From positions 1 to 43,597 of the IMG/VR virus record IMGVR_UViG_3300037423_001234: 43,597 bases of DNA; one strand, given 5' to 3'. The notes beneath the pieces were generated by a model, which ran no database searches, was not told the origin of the DNA, and was given only the letters and a program-made list of their open reading frames with translations. Made by a program: the position numbers and the translations under genes. This document shows positions 26,806-35,330 of the stretch, piece by piece. Position 1 is the first letter of the stretch. Each line of letters begins with the position of its first letter. This DNA comes from a virus. Its lineage: Duplodnaviria > Caudoviricetes.

Positions 26806-27468
26806 CTAAACCTCCGGTATCTCGTACTTCTTTACGCTTTGAAGGAATAGCTGCACGTCTTCTTCGCTGGCTCCCGGGTTGCGTTCCCTGAAAGCTTTCT
26901 CCTGCATGCCGCGTATTTTGGCGTTCCGCTCCTTGATCGATTCCTCGGTGTATGGTTTCCGGTCCGGATCGATCTGTGTGGAGACTGCTTTACGTTCGAG
27001 TTCGCTCTGCCATTCCTTTCCTTCTTTTTGTGGGTTCTCAATTTTCGGAGGCGGCGCTGTTTTACGTAACCTATTCAGATAGCTTTTCAGGAGAACGTCA
27101 ACCGCTTCCGGATCTTTTAGCACTACTGGCCCCTCGTCTTTCCGTTTTTGCTCATTATGCTTGAATAAAATGTTTTCCCCGTGTAGCATCCAGAACGTGT
27201 GTAAAGCCTTTCTGACAAACTTTGCGTTCAGCCCTATAAACTCAGGATCGTTCAAGATTGCGTCGTGAATAACCCGTTGCTTTACTTTAGGACTGATAAT
27301 GTCATATGGCTCCACATTCGTTTCTTTGATCATTAAATCAATCAGATCATTAATAGCTTTTTTTGGGTCAGGGAGTTCATTAAGGTTTTCCCACTGGCGA
27401 ATCCCTGTAAGGGCCCGAAGCATTTTTAACTCGTCATAGAAGAAATCGTACATGTCAACCTTTTCCAT
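26806..27468 (-). CDS. Hypothetical protein (helicase-loader position)
   Basis: Overlaps the end of the initiator gene. Confidence 0.6.
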   Translation of the reverse strand: MEKVDMYDFFYDELKMLRALTGIRQWENLNELPDPKKAINDLIDLMIKETNVEPYDIISPKVKQRVIHDAILNDPEFIGLNAKFVRKALHTFWMLHGENILFKHNEQKRKDEGPVVLKDPEAVDVLLKSYLNRLRKTAPPPKIENPQKEGKEWQSELERKAVSTQIDPDRKPYTEESIKERNAKIRGMQEKAFRERNPGASEEDVQLFLQSVKKYEIPEV

Positions 27469-28210
27469 TCCTTGCAGCTTTTAATTCTTCTTTTGTCAAT
27501 TCTTTTTTGGGTTGTTGGGATTGTTTATCCTCGAGATTTTCTTTCAAATGCTTCAATAAGCTGTAGCGAAAACCGGCCTGATTTTTTGTTTTCTCATGCC
27601 ATCCATGACGTGAGGCTAACGCTAAGTGATCCCTTGCAAGTCGTTCAAGTTGACCGTTAAGACCTATACTGTGATTTCTGACAAGGTTTATAAACTCGAC
27701 ATCATTACCGGTAATAACCTGCTCAGTCCACCATTCAAAGTCGGCAAGAGTTTCAGGTTTTGGAGTTGATGGCGGTGGTGTTTGTTTCTTTTCCCCCTGC
27801 ACCCCCTTATCTTCATATACAATACCATTTCCATTACCAATACCAGAACCATTAACAGGCAATGCCACGGCATTTGCCGTTTCACCTTTCCATCTTTTGT
27901 TTGCCCTTTCAGTTTGTTTTTCTGAATGCTTTTTAGCCTTATAAAACTCTTTCTGCATGCGCTCACTCCAATAGTGAGTACCATCAGTTTTAAATTTTGG
28001 CTTCAAAAAATTCCACAGTTCCGCATATCCCGTGGCATTTGCCAAACTCTTTATAGCTTCAGATTCTGTGAAGCCTTGTAGGCCATCTGAAAAGCAGTAG
28101 AAGTTCAGCAAGAGTAATTCCATATAGGCTCCCTTCTGCTCAAAATTCATCCGCTTCGTGCCGCCGGACCAGTTATCTGGATAGAAATTAAATCTTGGAT
28201 CTTTAGCCAT
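27455..28210 (-). CDS. Replication initiator, DUF1376/YdaU-like
   Basis: F.FYP.NW..GT..M..EQKGAY..LL; RM..E; AN.RW; low-complexity NGSGIGNGNG linker. Confidence 0.8.
   Translation of the reverse strand: MAKDPRFNFYPDNWSGGTKRMNFEQKGAYMELLLLNFYCFSDGLQGFTESEAIKSLANATGYAELWNFLKPKFKTDGTHYWSERMQKEFYKAKKHSEKQTERANKRWKGETANAVALPVNGSGIGNGNGIVYEDKGVQGEKKQTPPPSTPKPETLADFEWWTEQVITGNDVEFINLVRNHSIGLNGQLERLARDHLALASRHGWHEKTKNQAGFRYSLLKHLKENLEDKQSQQPKKELTKEELKAARNGKG
27818..28043. repeat. Putative replication origin iterons inside the initiator gene
   Basis: GGCATTTGCC at 27869 and 28034; AATGCCACGG (27861) inverted at 28030; 6-nt CCATTA/CCAATA-type repeats at 27818-27853. Confidence 0.5.
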
Positions 28211-28457
28211 TCGATAATTGCTTTAACCTGTTCCTATTATTCTCCTCACAGATACAATTACCAGGGTAGCACGTTGAGCACAGCTCTGTTGCACCAGCCT
28301 GGCTTTCGTACCAATCGCTTATCTTCTTATCCATGAATTTTAGTGATCTGATTTCTTTATCAGTAGCTAATGTTCTCTTAACCTCTGAATACAAATGATC
28401 CCGGCAGGCTTTTACAAGTCTTATTCTCTTTGGGATACAGATATCTGTTGTGGTCAT
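28203..28457 (-). CDS. Hypothetical protein with Cys cluster
   Basis: Start re-called at MTTTD (ATGA overlap with the MTase stop). Confidence 0.6.
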   Translation of the reverse strand: MTTTDICIPKRIRLVKACRDHLYSEVKRTLATDKEIRSLKFMDKKISDWYESQAGATELCSTCYPGNCICEENNRNRLKQLSNG

Positions 28458-29269
28458 TGAAATAACTGGTTTGATTCTAAGTTTGGACTTAACCACAGAC
28501 ATTCGATTCTTTCCTTAGCACCATCAGCAAAAGCCTTTCGAGTGACCTTTCGCCATCCTTGCAATGTGTCATTGTACAAATCATTGTCGTAGCCGGAAAT
28601 AATTACCATGCCGTTTAATGTTAGACAAGTGCCAAGGACCTCCGAATGATCGGAGTCTTCCATTTCATGCTTGTAAACTTTAGTCTTTTTGCCTTTGTAT
28701 CTTGTGTCTTTCACGTATGGTGGATCCAAGTAGTGAAGTGTCTCACTTGAATCGTGCTGTAGCATTACTTCAATTCCGTTCCTATTTTCAATTACAACAC
28801 CTCGTAAACGTTCTATTATTGTAACAAGGTGTTCGGGGAAGTTTTTCCAGTCTTGTGCGGGAGTTGTTCCGGAGCGATGAGAGTTTGCGCGGAAACCGGT
28901 CCGTTGCCACGATTGAATTCCGGACCCAAATCCCATAAAAGATCGGATGATAGTTCGCCTGGCATTCTCCACGATATCGGATGTGGACAAGTAGCTTTGC
29001 TCAAATTCATCGCGAGAAAAAGGCGTAAGTGCAACTGCATTAATTATGTCGTCAGGGAAGTCACGGCATGCTTTAAAAAGGTTTATTATCTCTCCGTCCA
29101 GATCATTGTACACCTCTGCATAGGACCTAGATTTTTTTAGTAGCACCGATGCAGCACCGCCATAAGGTTCGACATAAATCCTATGCGATGGAAAGAAGGA
29201 AATGATCCAATCTGCAAGCATCCACTTTCCTCCGTGATATCTTAATATTGGTCGTTTCACTTCAGACAT
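28454..29269 (-). CDS. DNA adenine methyltransferase (Dam/D12 class)
   Basis: RYHGGK, YVEPYGGAASV, YNDLD and YLDPPY motifs. Confidence 0.92.
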   Translation of the reverse strand: MSEVKRPILRYHGGKWMLADWIISFFPSHRIYVEPYGGAASVLLKKSRSYAEVYNDLDGEIINLFKACRDFPDDIINAVALTPFSRDEFEQSYLSTSDIVENARRTIIRSFMGFGSGIQSWQRTGFRANSHRSGTTPAQDWKNFPEHLVTIIERLRGVVIENRNGIEVMLQHDSSETLHYLDPPYVKDTRYKGKKTKVYKHEMEDSDHSEVLGTCLTLNGMVIISGYDNDLYNDTLQGWRKVTRKAFADGAKERIECLWLSPNLESNQLFQ

Positions 29270-29339
29270 AATATGTCAGGTATAAAGTAGTTAGGTTGTA
29301 AAAAAGTGGTGACTCTTACGCGATCACCTTACGCCTTCT

Positions 29340-29537
29340 TTATTTCTTCATAATAATCGGGTCAGGTATGCCATCGTGTTGGCAACTCCGCCTAGCCTCT
29401 TTTCCTTCAGCCGTAAAGTTTCGAACCTCTACGCTTACTGGCTCGGATGTTGGAATGAGTTTCCCTGAACGTTTCGGATCAGCAGAGCCATAATCTCTAA
29501 TCTTGTTTTTTAAACTGCCGTCTTTACGTGCTCCCAG
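29340..29537 (-). CDS. Possible 65-aa protein with CTG start
   Basis: Open frame GARKDGSLKNKIRDYGSADPKRSGKLIPT...IIMKK filling an otherwise empty gap; the only plausible start is CTG. Confidence 0.35.
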   Translation of the reverse strand: MGARKDGSLKNKIRDYGSADPKRSGKLIPTSEPVSVEVRNFTAEGKEARRSCQHDGIPDPIIMKK

Positions 29538-29551
29538 GAAAAGATTTTAAA

Positions 29552-29620
29552 AAGGGCTGGATGTAAACTTGTTGTTATGCTCTATTTTTTAACCACCCAA
29601 ACCAATGGGTTCCAGCCCTT
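29552..29620 (-). ncRNA. Candidate structured RNA: 10-bp stem, 49-nt loop, U-tract
   Basis: AAGGGCTGGA / TCCAGCCCTT perfect inverted repeat. Confidence 0.45.
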
Positions 29621-29639
29621 ACGAGTCAGCGTCTCTGAC

Positions 29640-29843
29640 TCAATACTTTATCAATATTTTATTCAAAGCCATTCCGGCCTTTGCTAAATCTTCTTTTACT
29701 GCTGGATCAGATTCTTTTTTGATCATAGATTTAACCCCATTCAGTAGCCATCGAATACCGGCGTAATCAACTTTCTTCCGTGGCTTCAGTCTGACCTCTG
29801 AAAGCGTTATCTCCCATTTGTACGATGAACTATTCATAACCAT
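29640..29843 (-). CDS. Hypothetical protein
   Basis: Start re-called downstream of the hairpin (MVMNSS). Confidence 0.55.
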   Translation of the reverse strand: MVMNSSSYKWEITLSEVRLKPRKKVDYAGIRWLLNGVKSMIKKESDPAVKEDLAKAGMALNKILIKY

Positions 29844-29850
29844 GATCTTT

Positions 29851-29920
29851 AAAAAACCAGGGGCGACAGCCATGCCCAAACTACCCTCATAGTCTTATGA
29901 CTGTCGTAGGCTCCCCCGGC
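29851..29920 (-). ncRNA. Candidate structured RNA/attenuator: long interrupted hairpin plus U-tract
   Basis: GCCGGGGG/CCCCUGGU, CGACAGUCAU/AUGGCUGUCG and AGACUA/UAGUUU stems; the G-U pairs only work on the - strand. Confidence 0.55.
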
Positions 29921-30195
29921 TATGCTCTTGGATAAGTACCGCTCGTTATCCTGTTTACTTTCTCAGCAGAAGAATAGGAGTACTCACCGTATCGTTTACC
30001 CTCGCGTGAGGTCTTCCAGGTAGTTGTAATTTCAAGTCCTGATTTTCTCAGCCTGTTAATTATCTCACTGGAATTTGTGACATCCAGAAGTCTGTCAAGA
30101 CCGCGCTTGGTTAATTTCTTTCCGTTCAATAACATCATTCTCACTCGCTGGGTGTTAATGTGTCTTTCGTTCTTAGTGGGTGTTTGCTTTTTCAT
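29920..30195 (-). CDS. Winged-HTH DNA-binding protein
   Basis: LL.GK.LT..........I..LR..G..I.T........Y..Y pattern. Confidence 0.7.
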   Translation of the reverse strand: MKKQTPTKNERHINTQRVRMMLLNGKKLTKRGLDRLLDVTNSSEIINRLRKSGLEITTTWKTSREGKRYGEYSYSSAEKVNRITSGTYPRA

Positions 30196-30199
30196 GGGT

Positions 30200-30403
30200 T
30201 CAGTTGTCTTTGATTTCGTGGTTCGCTTTTAAACTCACTGCCGCGATGTCTCTCAGTTCTCGCAGTATGTCGTAAAGCCTTGAATGAGGTGCTGCACGTT
30301 CATCAAAGGGTGGTCTACAAGCAGCTAGGCAATCTTTACCTTCTTCGTATAGGTCGCCTATCCGCTTCAAGGTCTCGTCAAATTTCTTTTCGTTCGTTAG
30401 CAT
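30200..30403 (-). CDS. Hypothetical protein
   Basis: Tiles the operon. Confidence 0.6.
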   Translation of the reverse strand: MLTNEKKFDETLKRIGDLYEEGKDCLAACRPPFDERAAPHSRLYDILRELRDIAAVSLKANHEIKDN

Positions 30404-30407
30404 ATTT

Positions 30408-30662
30408 TCACTTTTTACTTATCCTCCATAGTCCAAATACTGCAAGAGCTACAATACAGAATATTCCTACGTACTTCTGATCCACACTATCAAACCATTT
30501 ATAAAACTTAAAAGCCGTGGGAGATAACAGTAAACTGAGAAGGCTGTATGTCGTAAGCCCTAGTAAAAACATCCAGCATAATACTTTGAATAGTACCGCA
30601 CCGAATAGGCTTTTATGTTTAACTTTTTCATCCAGGATTATTAAGTGTTCAGTGTCTTTCAT
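30408..30662 (-). CDS. Two-TM membrane protein
   Basis: Start re-called at MKDTEH (ATGA overlap); two hydrophobic helices. Confidence 0.65.
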   Translation of the reverse strand: MKDTEHLIILDEKVKHKSLFGAVLFKVLCWMFLLGLTTYSLLSLLLSPTAFKFYKWFDSVDQKYVGIFCIVALAVFGLWRISKK

Positions 30663-31129
30663 AAATATGATCCTTCGGTAAATGAGTGAGCACAATTCTG
30701 TTCTTTGTTTGATAGAAGAGACTGCTTTAATGTTGGGACAGGCATCCAGTGCGTCACTTCCCATTTAATTGGGAAACCCGGATAGTTTATTCCGCTCACT
30801 GAATACCATAGATCATTATCCTTATTCAGGTATGCGATTCCCCCTTCAACAATAACCGTTTTGTAAAATTCGGGCAGTCTTTCCTCAACACCGATCCACT
30901 GACTCGCTTCTTTTAGTCTCTTGTTCTCTTCTATTAATTCAGCGTGAGAATTGTAGCGCCTTGCAATCTCTTCTGCGATCTGTTCAGCGTTTGGATAGTC
31001 TTCTACATTGAGAAATGAAGGGCCGTAGAAACCATCAGACGAGAAGTCCCAAAAACCGGCGTACTCGATCGCATAAATATTTTCAGGTAGTTCCGCTGTT
31101 TTCAATTCCTGTGAGCTATTACTGTTCAT
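30659..31129 (-). CDS. DUF551-like protein
   Basis: WI.VEERLPE ... VTHWMP.P. Confidence 0.75.
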   Translation of the reverse strand: MNSNSSQELKTAELPENIYAIEYAGFWDFSSDGFYGPSFLNVEDYPNAEQIAEEIARRYNSHAELIEENKRLKEASQWIGVEERLPEFYKTVIVEGGIAYLNKDNDLWYSVSGINYPGFPIKWEVTHWMPVPTLKQSLLSNKEQNCAHSFTEGSYL

Positions 31130-31728
31130 GATTCCAGTTGTTTAATTGATCCATCAACCTCATTGCCAAATACACTCCATCCAGGTTGCCTATCTCGAGC
31201 GAATAATTCTAAGTATGGTCCAGGAGAGACGCGTTCTATAAGATGATGGAAGAAGAAAGGTTTCTTTGAATGCTTCGGATAACCGTTAACATATTGGCGT
31301 TTTACATTAAACCAGGTTCCAGTTATAGTATCAAGGCTTTTCAATTTGCCGCGCCTGCAGAACAATAAAAACTCTGTTGTGATCCTGAATGTCCCGCCTA
31401 GCGCCCCATTATTTTTAGCCCACACAAGGGTTGTTGAATAATTAAATCCCCAGGCTTTAATTACATCAAAAACAAATGGCATATAACCGTTAGTAACCCA
31501 GATAAATAAGTGAGCATCGTCCGCAACTAATCGCTGTACGGGCATAGCAATTATTTCCTCCATCGACATTGTTTCGTAAGGCAGCGGGCGACTTTTAGAA
31601 TTAGTTGTGTAATGGAGCTGCTTTCCATCAACCACCTTATATGGTCCCCTAGTAGGCCCAGCGGTTGTATACCATGGTGGATCAGCGTATATCGTAGCGT
31701 ATTTCTCCTGTGAGCTATTAGGGGTCAT
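31126..31728 (-). CDS. MT-A70 family adenine methyltransferase
   Basis: IYADPPW, Y.TM...EI, LF.WVTN, AWGF.Y, HS.KP, LELFAR. Confidence 0.92.
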   Translation of the reverse strand: MTPNSSQEKYATIYADPPWYTTAGPTRGPYKVVDGKQLHYTTNSKSRPLPYETMSMEEIIAMPVQRLVADDAHLFIWVTNGYMPFVFDVIKAWGFNYSTTLVWAKNNGALGGTFRITTEFLLFCRRGKLKSLDTITGTWFNVKRQYVNGYPKHSKKPFFFHHLIERVSPGPYLELFARDRQPGWSVFGNEVDGSIKQLES

Positions 31729-31732
31729 AGAA

Positions 31733-32437
31733 TTAAACAGTTACGGTTTTGTCTGCGAATTCATTAAGCCATTCACGGCACAGAAGTATTCTTTCGTGGC
31801 ACTTCTGCATTTCTTCCGGGCTCCATTTCACCAATACCTCATGTACTCTTTCTTCCATTGGTATGTCAGCGAAGGTCATTTCTCTTTCGAGTTGCTCACA
31901 GGCTGCCAGGTAATCCGGGTTTTCCATTGTGGCTACATTCATTCGCCAATACAGGCTTTTCTTTTCCTGCTCAATGATTCCTAATGGAGTGTCAATGAGA
32001 CAGAAGGCGATAGTTCCTGAGGTACATTCGAACAGTTCACAATAGCCCATCATTTGCCAGTAGTAATCTTTGGTCAGTGGCTTTACTTTGTGATTGTAGA
32101 ACGAGTGCAAGTCCCAGCAGCTTTTAGTATCGATCAATGCTGGCTTTACAATGTCCGGCTCACCGGTGATGAAGTCGTTTGTTTCTCGTTGATCATTCTT
32201 TACCAGGAATTTTTTCTTTACCCTTGAAAGCAGTGTGATTGAGTCCTCTTCAACGGCCAATCCCTTTTCGATGTATTTTGAGTTTATTTCCTTGTCACGG
32301 CCATAAACTTCTTTGATGTACACCTTAACCAGTTCGGATTTTGCCGTCTCTGAGATAGGCTCACTTTTACTCCGTGGATCTGTCATCAGTGCTCCAAGGG
32401 AAGAGCATCGGAATTTGTATTGTGAAAAGTCAATCAT
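31733..32437 (-). CDS. YqaJ/lambda-exonuclease-like recombination nuclease
   Basis: RCSS...LM, KG...E, GEPD....DTK, YYWQ..GY. Confidence 0.8.
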   Translation of the reverse strand: MIDFSQYKFRCSSLGALMTDPRSKSEPISETAKSELVKVYIKEVYGRDKEINSKYIEKGLAVEEDSITLLSRVKKKFLVKNDQRETNDFITGEPDIVKPALIDTKSCWDLHSFYNHKVKPLTKDYYWQMMGYCELFECTSGTIAFCLIDTPLGIIEQEKKSLYWRMNVATMENPDYLAACEQLEREMTFADIPMEERVHEVLVKWSPEEMQKCHERILLCREWLNEFADKTVTV

Positions 32438-33147
32438 GATAGTTGCTGCATTTTAGAGTTGAACAATTCCATTTGAGTAGGCCCGACGTGCGGCTTAATC
32501 TCAATCAGATCATGAAGTGTCTTCGCATCTTTAATCATTAATTCGATGCGCTCGTTCTCTTTAGATTCCTTGGTAACTTCAGGGGCAATGACCACTGGCT
32601 CAATGTCGATCAACTCGTCAGCCGTATGCATCCCCATGAGTACATCAGGGGCGTGAAGCCTTCCGAAGAAAGCCGCAGACCGGTAGCGAAACATCAATTC
32701 CGGCATTGTCTTCCACTTGCTACCGGGCTTCTGCAGCCATCCTTCCGACTTAACCATTTCCCACGTTACGGCTGGGCTCACAAGTTCTTCTCCTGTCTTT
32801 TTATCCTTGGCGTATGCTTCGTATCCGTATGAGTCAGTATCCTTTTGTCCAACCTGCCGAAAGTTCAGTTTTGTGAATCGGCCACAGGTGTTTAAAGAAG
32901 CAATTGTGAACGTACTTGACCATGAAGGTTTACCTTGGATCACATGAAGATTCTGCATAACCATTAAAGGGCTGGCAGCTATCCGGTTTGACATTTCAAG
33001 TGCGATCAGGCAGTTTGAAATCTTACCTTTGTATTGCGTTGGGACCAGATCAGAATCAGCAAGCACTTTTGCAATTCGCTGAGCGTGATCGAATCCTTTG
33101 ATTGAGAATGTTTCTTCTTCGTTGACTATTTGAAGTTGACTTTCCAT
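32434..33147 (-). CDS. RecT/Redbeta-like single-strand annealing protein
   Basis: SDLVP..Y.G...NC.IA.......PLMVMQNL..I.GKP.W; W..MPE.M..YR; adjacent to the exonuclease. Confidence 0.78.
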   Translation of the reverse strand: MESQLQIVNEEETFSIKGFDHAQRIAKVLADSDLVPTQYKGKISNCLIALEMSNRIAASPLMVMQNLHVIQGKPSWSSTFTIASLNTCGRFTKLNFRQVGQKDTDSYGYEAYAKDKKTGEELVSPAVTWEMVKSEGWLQKPGSKWKTMPELMFRYRSAAFFGRLHAPDVLMGMHTADELIDIEPVVIAPEVTKESKENERIELMIKDAKTLHDLIEIKPHVGPTQMELFNSKMQQLS

Positions 33148-33160
33148 TGGTTGAGGGGTT

Positions 33161-33454
33161 TTACATATTTCTAATCTGGAACCTGGGCGTACCCTTCCAA
33201 TACTCTGAGAACTTTATAGCCTCAGTGATACAAGGGAAGGGGTAGATTTCTCTATTCAATCTCACTTCAAAAGGAGGTTCTAAAGGTTCTTCAGCTGCAA
33301 TGAAGTCATCTATAGAATCCATTGCTTCACGGATTGTGTTAGCGTGTTTAGTGCAGTCATCCCTTCCATTATCTTTTAGATAGTAGTCGTATCCTTTGAA
33401 GTAGGAAAGGGATTTCTCTATGATGTAGTTGCGATATTCCATGATGTTATTCAT
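33161..33454 (-). CDS. Hypothetical protein
   Basis: Start re-called at MNNIMEY (overlaps the upstream stop). Confidence 0.55.
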   Translation of the reverse strand: MNNIMEYRNYIIEKSLSYFKGYDYYLKDNGRDDCTKHANTIREAMDSIDDFIAAEEPLEPPFEVRLNREIYPFPCITEAIKFSEYWKGTPRFQIRNM

Positions 33455-34124
33455 TTTCGATGTACTCGTACTTGTCACCAACCAATTTGTAATCCTTATC
33501 TCTGCCGGGATGCAATTCAAAGTATAGGTCATAAGCTTCCTTGCTTTGGTTCTGAAGCAAGTTTATAAGAGTGACGTTGCCGTTCTCGAAACGTATATAG
33601 CCAGTGTTGGAACCTGAATCCTCGTCAGCATAAGAGAGGTAGAATTTTAAATCAGGGAACAGAGCAGACAACTTAGTGATTACCATGCTGGATGAAGACC
33701 AAGCTGTTTCGAAGAAGATGGTATTTTCTGTGTCCCTTTCGTCAGGTGAACTGTAGGCGTTCCATTTGGTTCCCCAGTTGGCAACAGCCCAATCATACCA
33801 GTATACAAAACCAGTATTTCTGACATTGTTCAAGCATTGGATATAATCGGCCCAGTCCTTATCATTGAATGAAAGCGGGTTTATTTTGTCGGCGTTGTGC
33901 CTTTCCAGTGCGGCAAGAAGTGGCTCTGAACTAAAGCCAATTTTAAGGGAATGCTTAGCGGCAGATTCAACGGCAGAATTGATTTCCGCTTCGAGTCCTT
34001 TCGGCATTGGAATGATCTTATCAAAATCTATTCTAGTCTTTTTGCCCGCAATGAAATTCATGACGTTCTTCACCATTAATTCATCGCCAATTATTTCGAG
34101 TCTATTCTGTACGTGGTTAGGCAT
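33447..34124 (-). CDS. DUF1281/YubB ferredoxin-like protein
   Basis: MPNHV.N.L, DF.KIIPMP, WYDW...NWGTKWNA, F.TAWS. Confidence 0.82.
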   Translation of the reverse strand: MPNHVQNRLEIIGDELMVKNVMNFIAGKKTRIDFDKIIPMPKGLEAEINSAVESAAKHSLKIGFSSEPLLAALERHNADKINPLSFNDKDWADYIQCLNNVRNTGFVYWYDWAVANWGTKWNAYSSPDERDTENTIFFETAWSSSSMVITKLSALFPDLKFYLSYADEDSGSNTGYIRFENGNVTLINLLQNQSKEAYDLYFELHPGRDKDYKLVGDKYEYIENE

Positions 34125-34142
34125 AAATATTTTTGTTAATTG

Positions 34143-34358
34143 TTAAGCTGCATCATTTAAAATGTTGTCTTCAAGAGTCACTAGTACGGCGGCTTCTTCG
34201 ATAGCTGAATCAATGAGTGATACTAGCCTTACATGTTCCGAAGGATAACCTAACTGAGCCATTGCGTCTTCAAGGGTTGACTTAACCATTTGAAGCTTCT
34301 TTCTTTCAGAGAAAGTCTGTACGCCTAATCCTGTTTCTTTTCCTGATTGAGTATTCAT
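34143..34358 (-). CDS. Hypothetical protein
   Basis: Coupled start MNTQ. Confidence 0.6.
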   Translation of the reverse strand: MNTQSGKETGLGVQTFSERKKLQMVKSTLEDAMAQLGYPSEHVRLVSLIDSAIEEAAVLVTLEDNILNDAA

Positions 34359-34618
34359 AGGGGAGTTGGTATAAATGTTAAAGGGATATGCCTTTCAACT
34401 CTTTGGAGTATTTTTCCAATTACAATACAATCTTTAAAAACATCGGGTATAAAATCAGGATGCAATCCATTAGCTCTTAGAGTTGAGGCAGCATTTTCCG
34501 GTGAGTCGCATCCGTTGTACTCAACCCAAGTAGGCCACTGATTTGTAATTGTATCATACATCTTCTTAAAGTCAGTTTTCGTAAAACCGATCCATCCATT
34601 CTGGAATTGAGTATTCAT
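34355..34618 (-). CDS. Hypothetical protein
   Basis: Start re-called at MNTQFQ. Confidence 0.6.
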   Translation of the reverse strand: MNTQFQNGWIGFTKTDFKKMYDTITNQWPTWVEYNGCDSPENAASTLRANGLHPDFIPDVFKDCIVIGKILQRVERHIPLTFIPTPL

Positions 34619-34629
34619 AGGGTGGCTTT

Positions 34630-35322
34630 TTAATAATTCTCTGCTTCTAATTGCGTGATGAAGAAATGAATTCCGCTTGCACATTCTTCCATCCAGTTTT
34701 CATCAAACTTTCCTTTGGGTGCTACGCGCTGGCCTATGGTATAGGTGAATGATGGGTCATGATCGCTTTTTGCTAATTCACATCCGTTGCTCATTTCGAG
34801 TACGTCAGCAAATTCAGCACGGCATTTTCTACCAAAGGCAGATGAGCGTTTTGCATCAGCCGGAATACGGATCTTTACTATTACCTTGTTGCCAGTCTTT
34901 TTATCGTAAGCTTTTTTATAGCCTATTAAATCACCTTCAGGTAATATGCGGGTACTGGCGATTGCGATAGGTGGTATTTCTTTCGCTCCGGAAAGGTTCG
35001 CTCCGGAAAGGTTCGCTCTGGAAAGGTTCGCTCCGGAAAGGTTCGCTCCGGAAAGGTCCGCTCCGGAAAGGTTCGCTCTGGAAAGGTTCGCTCCGGAAAG
35101 GTTCGCTCCGGAAAGGTCCGCTCCGGAAAGGTTCGCTCCGGAAAGGTTCGCTCCGGAAAGGTTCGCTCTGTAAAGGTTCGCTCTGGAAAGGTCCGCTCCG
35201 TAAAGGTTCGCTCCGGATTTAATAGCTTTAATAAGAGTTTTAGCCAGTGTATTTTCAGGTGCTTCGTATTCGAAAAGAACGTCACCGTAGACAGACTTAA
35301 CTTGTATTTTAATGGGGTCCAT
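34630..35322 (-). CDS. Pentapeptide-repeat protein with DUF5758-like C-terminal domain
   Basis: 15 A(N/D)L(S/Y)(G/R) repeats; GYKK...IP.DA.RSSA.GRKCRA...EC.SGIHFF.T..EA..Y. Confidence 0.9.
   Translation of the reverse strand: MDPIKIQVKSVYGDVLFEYEAPENTLAKTLIKAIKSGANLYGADLSRANLYRANLSGANLSGANLSGADLSGANLSGANLSRANLSGADLSGANLSGANLSRANLSGANLSGAKEIPPIAIASTRILPEGDLIGYKKAYDKKTGNKVIVKIRIPADAKRSSAFGRKCRAEFADVLEMSNGCELAKSDHDPSFTYTIGQRVAPKGKFDENWMEECASGIHFFITQLEAENY
34985..35217. repeat. 15-bp tandem repeat (GCTCCGGAAAGGTTC consensus, ~15.5 copies)
   Basis: Near-identical units with a 60-bp higher-order duplication. Confidence 0.95.
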
Positions 35323-35330
35323 AGAGGTTT

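Noticed and set aside
34926-35285. ORFs with ERTFP, PERFA and RKGSL repeats; possible CRISPR array
   Set aside because: These are shadow frames of the 15-bp coding repeat. The units are contiguous with no spacers, and there are no cas genes.
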